Source: Gammaproteobacteria bacterium
GTDB lineage: Bacteria; Pseudomonadota; Gammaproteobacteria; JACCYU01
Length of the DNA stretch: 64,000 bases
Direction: 5' to 3'
NCBI GenBank assembly: GCA_050740315.1
Contig: JBOIDC010000004.1
Location: forward strand, 4,918 to 68,917
The notes below the pieces were generated by a model. It was given only the letters and a program-made list of their open reading frames with translations, ran no database searches and was not told the origin of the DNA. A program made the translations under genes and the position numbers. Below, piece by piece: positions 62,038 through 64,000 of this stretch. Each line of letters starts with the position of its first letter. Position 1 is the first letter of the stretch.

Positions 62038-62727
62038 ATGCAAACGATGTCCAACGATTACCTGTCCGCCGTGGAAGTCAGCACCGCGCGTGATGCCGAT
62101 GCCAGCGTGATCTGGCTGCACGGACTGGGCGCCGATGGCCACGATTTCGAGCCTATCGTTCCCCAACTCAGGCTCGGGCCGCTGGCGGTCCGCTTTGTGT
62201 TTCCGCATGCGCCTGCGCGCGCGGTCACCCTTAACGGCGGCCTGCTCATGCCCGCGTGGTACGACATCGTCAGCCTGACATCGGCGGCGCACGAGGACGC
62301 GCGGGGCATTCGCGGGATGGCGCCGGCCGTCGAGGCGCTGATCGGGCGCGAGCGCGAGCGCGGCATCGCCGCCAGCCGCATCGTACTGGCGGGGTTTTCA
62401 CAGGGCGGCGCGATGGCATTACATGTCGGCCTGCGCCATCCGGAACCCTTGGCCGGCATCATGGGCCTGTCCGCCTATCTGCCTCTGCGGGCACAGCTGG
62501 GGCGCGAACGCAATCCCGCCAACGGTGACACGCCCATCTTTCTGGCGCACGGCACCCAGGACCCGGTGCTGGACGTCGCGTTTGGGACGAGCTGCAGGGA
62601 CCTGCTGCGGAACCTCGGTTATACCTTGGAATGGCATGAATATCCCATGGCGCACGCGGTCTGTCCGCAGGAGATCGAAGACATCAGACGGTGGCTGATC
62701 GGCAGACTGAGCGACGGCAGGGCTTGA
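62038..62727 (+). CDS. Phospholipase/carboxylesterase family alpha/beta hydrolase
   Basis: GFSQGGAMAL nucleophile elbow, HG...D..V triad spacing. Confidence 0.8.
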   Translation: MQTMSNDYLSAVEVSTARDADASVIWLHGLGADGHDFEPIVPQLRLGPLAVRFVFPHAPARAVTLNGGLLMPAWYDIVSLTSAAHEDARGIRGMAPAVEALIGRERERGIAASRIVLAGFSQGGAMALHVGLRHPEPLAGIMGLSAYLPLRAQLGRERNPANGDTPIFLAHGTQDPVLDVAFGTSCRDLLRNLGYTLEWHEYPMAHAVCPQEIEDIRRWLIGRLSDGRA

Positions 62728-62769
62728 TCGGGCAGATCATGTACCGCGAATGTTCCGCCGGATACGCCT

Positions 62770-63375
62770 TTACGCGCGCGCGCTGGGGCGCCGGCCGAAT
62801 CGAGCATACCAGCGCATGATGTTGTAATAGCAATCGTCGATATGCACGTCGGCGCGTTCGGCGTGCTCGAAGGCGGCGAACAAGGTGCAGTCGGCGATGC
62901 TCGGTCTTGAGCCGGCGACAAAGGTGTGATCTCCGATGCGGGCATCAATGAACCGTAGCGCCGCCGGCAGTGCTGCGCGCGCCTGTTCGGCGGCCAGCGG
63001 CACCTGTTTGCGGTGCTGGAAGATCGGGCTGGTATTCACGAAGATCTGCGTGATCCGATTCAGTATGCTTAAGTCCGCGAAGCGCTCCAACTCGCGCACG
63101 CGCGCACGCTCCAGCGGCTCGGTGCCGATCATGGGCGGATCGGGATGCAGCTCTTCCAAGAATTCGATGATGGCCAAGGATTCGGTCAGACAGGCGCCGT
63201 CGTCCAGCTCCAGCACCGGCAGTGAGCCCATCGGATTTTTGGCGAGAAATTCCGGCGTGCGATTATCGCCCCGGCGCAGGTCTATGCGTTGCAGCGGAAT
63301 CTTGAGGCCTTTTTCCGCGAGGTAAATACGCAGCTTGTGCGGATTGGGGGCGAACGGGAAGTCATAGATCCTCAC
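62770..63375 (-). CDS. Glutathione S-transferase
   Basis: N-terminal thioredoxin-like GST domain (NPHKLRIYLAEKGL..., GSLPVLELDDG...ESLAIIEFL). Confidence 0.85.
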   Translation of the reverse strand: MRIYDFPFAPNPHKLRIYLAEKGLKIPLQRIDLRRGDNRTPEFLAKNPMGSLPVLELDDGACLTESLAIIEFLEELHPDPPMIGTEPLERARVRELERFADLSILNRITQIFVNTSPIFQHRKQVPLAAEQARAALPAALRFIDARIGDHTFVAGSRPSIADCTLFAAFEHAERADVHIDDCYYNIMRWYARFGRRPSARA

Positions 63376-63379
63376 GGTG

Positions 63380-64000
63380 TTACTTTTCTCCCATGCGACG
63401 ACCGGTGTGCGGACCCGCGCCGGTGGTTTGCAGGGTCACGTCACCGGTCATGCTGATAATCTCGTGCACGATATCATCCTTGCCGCCTGCTTTCGCCTTG
63501 TACATGAGTTCATCGGCGACCTTGATCGCCACATCGACATTCAACGGCGGCCGCAAGAACGTGGCGACACCCATGCTGAACCGCACCGGCCACGCATCGC
63601 TCGCCCGGATCTGCGTCAAGCGCGCCTTGAGGGTTGCGATGCAGGCCTGCGCACCTTCATAACCGGTATCCGGCAATAACAGCACGAATTCGTCGCCGCC
63701 GCGCCGGCCGACCAGATCCGAACTTCGCACCCCCTGCCGCAGCGCCGCGGCTATCGTAGCGAGAAGCCGATCTCCAGCGCTGTGCCCGCTGCGATCATTG
63801 ACGCGCTTGAAGTCATCGACGTCGATATAGACCACCGTCGTGTGATGACCACGGCTGAGCGCGAGGTCCAGGAATCGATTGGCCGCCTCGTCGAACGCGC
63901 GCCGGTTCATAAGTCCGGTCAATGGCTCGGTTCGCGCGAGCCGTGTTTCATGCTCGACGTAGCGTGCAAGCCGCGCGCTCAAATAAGCGACGAATGCGAA
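63380..64000 (-). CDS. GGDEF-domain diguanylate cyclase, C-terminal part. The gene continues upstream beyond the window end.
   Basis: RRGGDEFVLLL and the preceding LTGLMNRRAF motif. The frame is still open at position 64000. Confidence 0.8.
   Translation of the reverse strand, partial: FAFVAYLSARLARYVEHETRLARTEPLTGLMNRRAFDEAANRFLDLALSRGHHTTVVYIDVDDFKRVNDRSGHSAGDRLLATIAAALRQGVRSSDLVGRRGGDEFVLLLPDTGYEGAQACIATLKARLTQIRASDAWPVRFSMGVATFLRPPLNVDVAIKVADELMYKAKAGGKDDIVHEIISMTGDVTLQTTGAGPHTGRRMGEK

Noticed and set aside
1-64000. CRISPR arrays, rRNA genes, IS elements or integrase/transposase genes
   Set aside because: No regularly spaced short repeats, rRNA-like sequence or recombinase motifs were seen anywhere in the window apart from the housekeeping xerC.

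Overview
This 64-kb window is high-GC chromosomal DNA from what looks like a sulfur-oxidising gammaproteobacterium. Supporting this are soxYZ, c4/c5 cytochromes, a Pseudomonas-type polA-engB-cyt c4-thrB block and the ubiE-ubiJ-ubiB, hslVU, xerC-dapF-lysA blocks. It is interrupted at roughly 16.2-23.7 kb by a distinctly lower-GC island. The island carries a sulfur-chemistry / nuclease module: a DndC/SspD-like PP-loop ATP pyrophosphatase, an HNH endonuclease, a ~980-aa PHP-domain + SMC/ABC-type ATPase split by a frameshift, a DUF6883/DUF4926 pair and a stand-alone IscS/DndA-like cysteine desulfurase. I read this as a candidate atypical DNA phosphorothioation-like or defence system. The other notable content is a complete selenocysteine-decoding locus (selB, tRNA-Sec, selA adjacent, with a SelD fusion protein and an SBP56 selenium-binding protein ~15 kb upstream). 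An ABC substrate-binding protein gene immediately upstream of selB carries a single in-frame TGA followed by a hairpin. Also present are a complete DSF quorum-sensing cluster (rpfF / rpfG-rpfC), a family-1 encapsulin with ferritin-like cargo, a type III polyketide synthase cluster, a split DsbD, and a tRNA-Arg whose 3' end is duplicated 159 bp downstream. The intergenic region between polA and engB is highly structured and is an sRNA candidate. Several otherwise recognisable genes are broken by frameshifts (methyltransferase, triheme cytochrome c, ECF sigma, PHP-ATPase, DUF4926). This points to either genuine gene decay or indel errors in the assembly, so those calls should be re-checked against reads. 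All calls come from reading the ORF translations and the nucleotide sequence by eye; no database searches were run.
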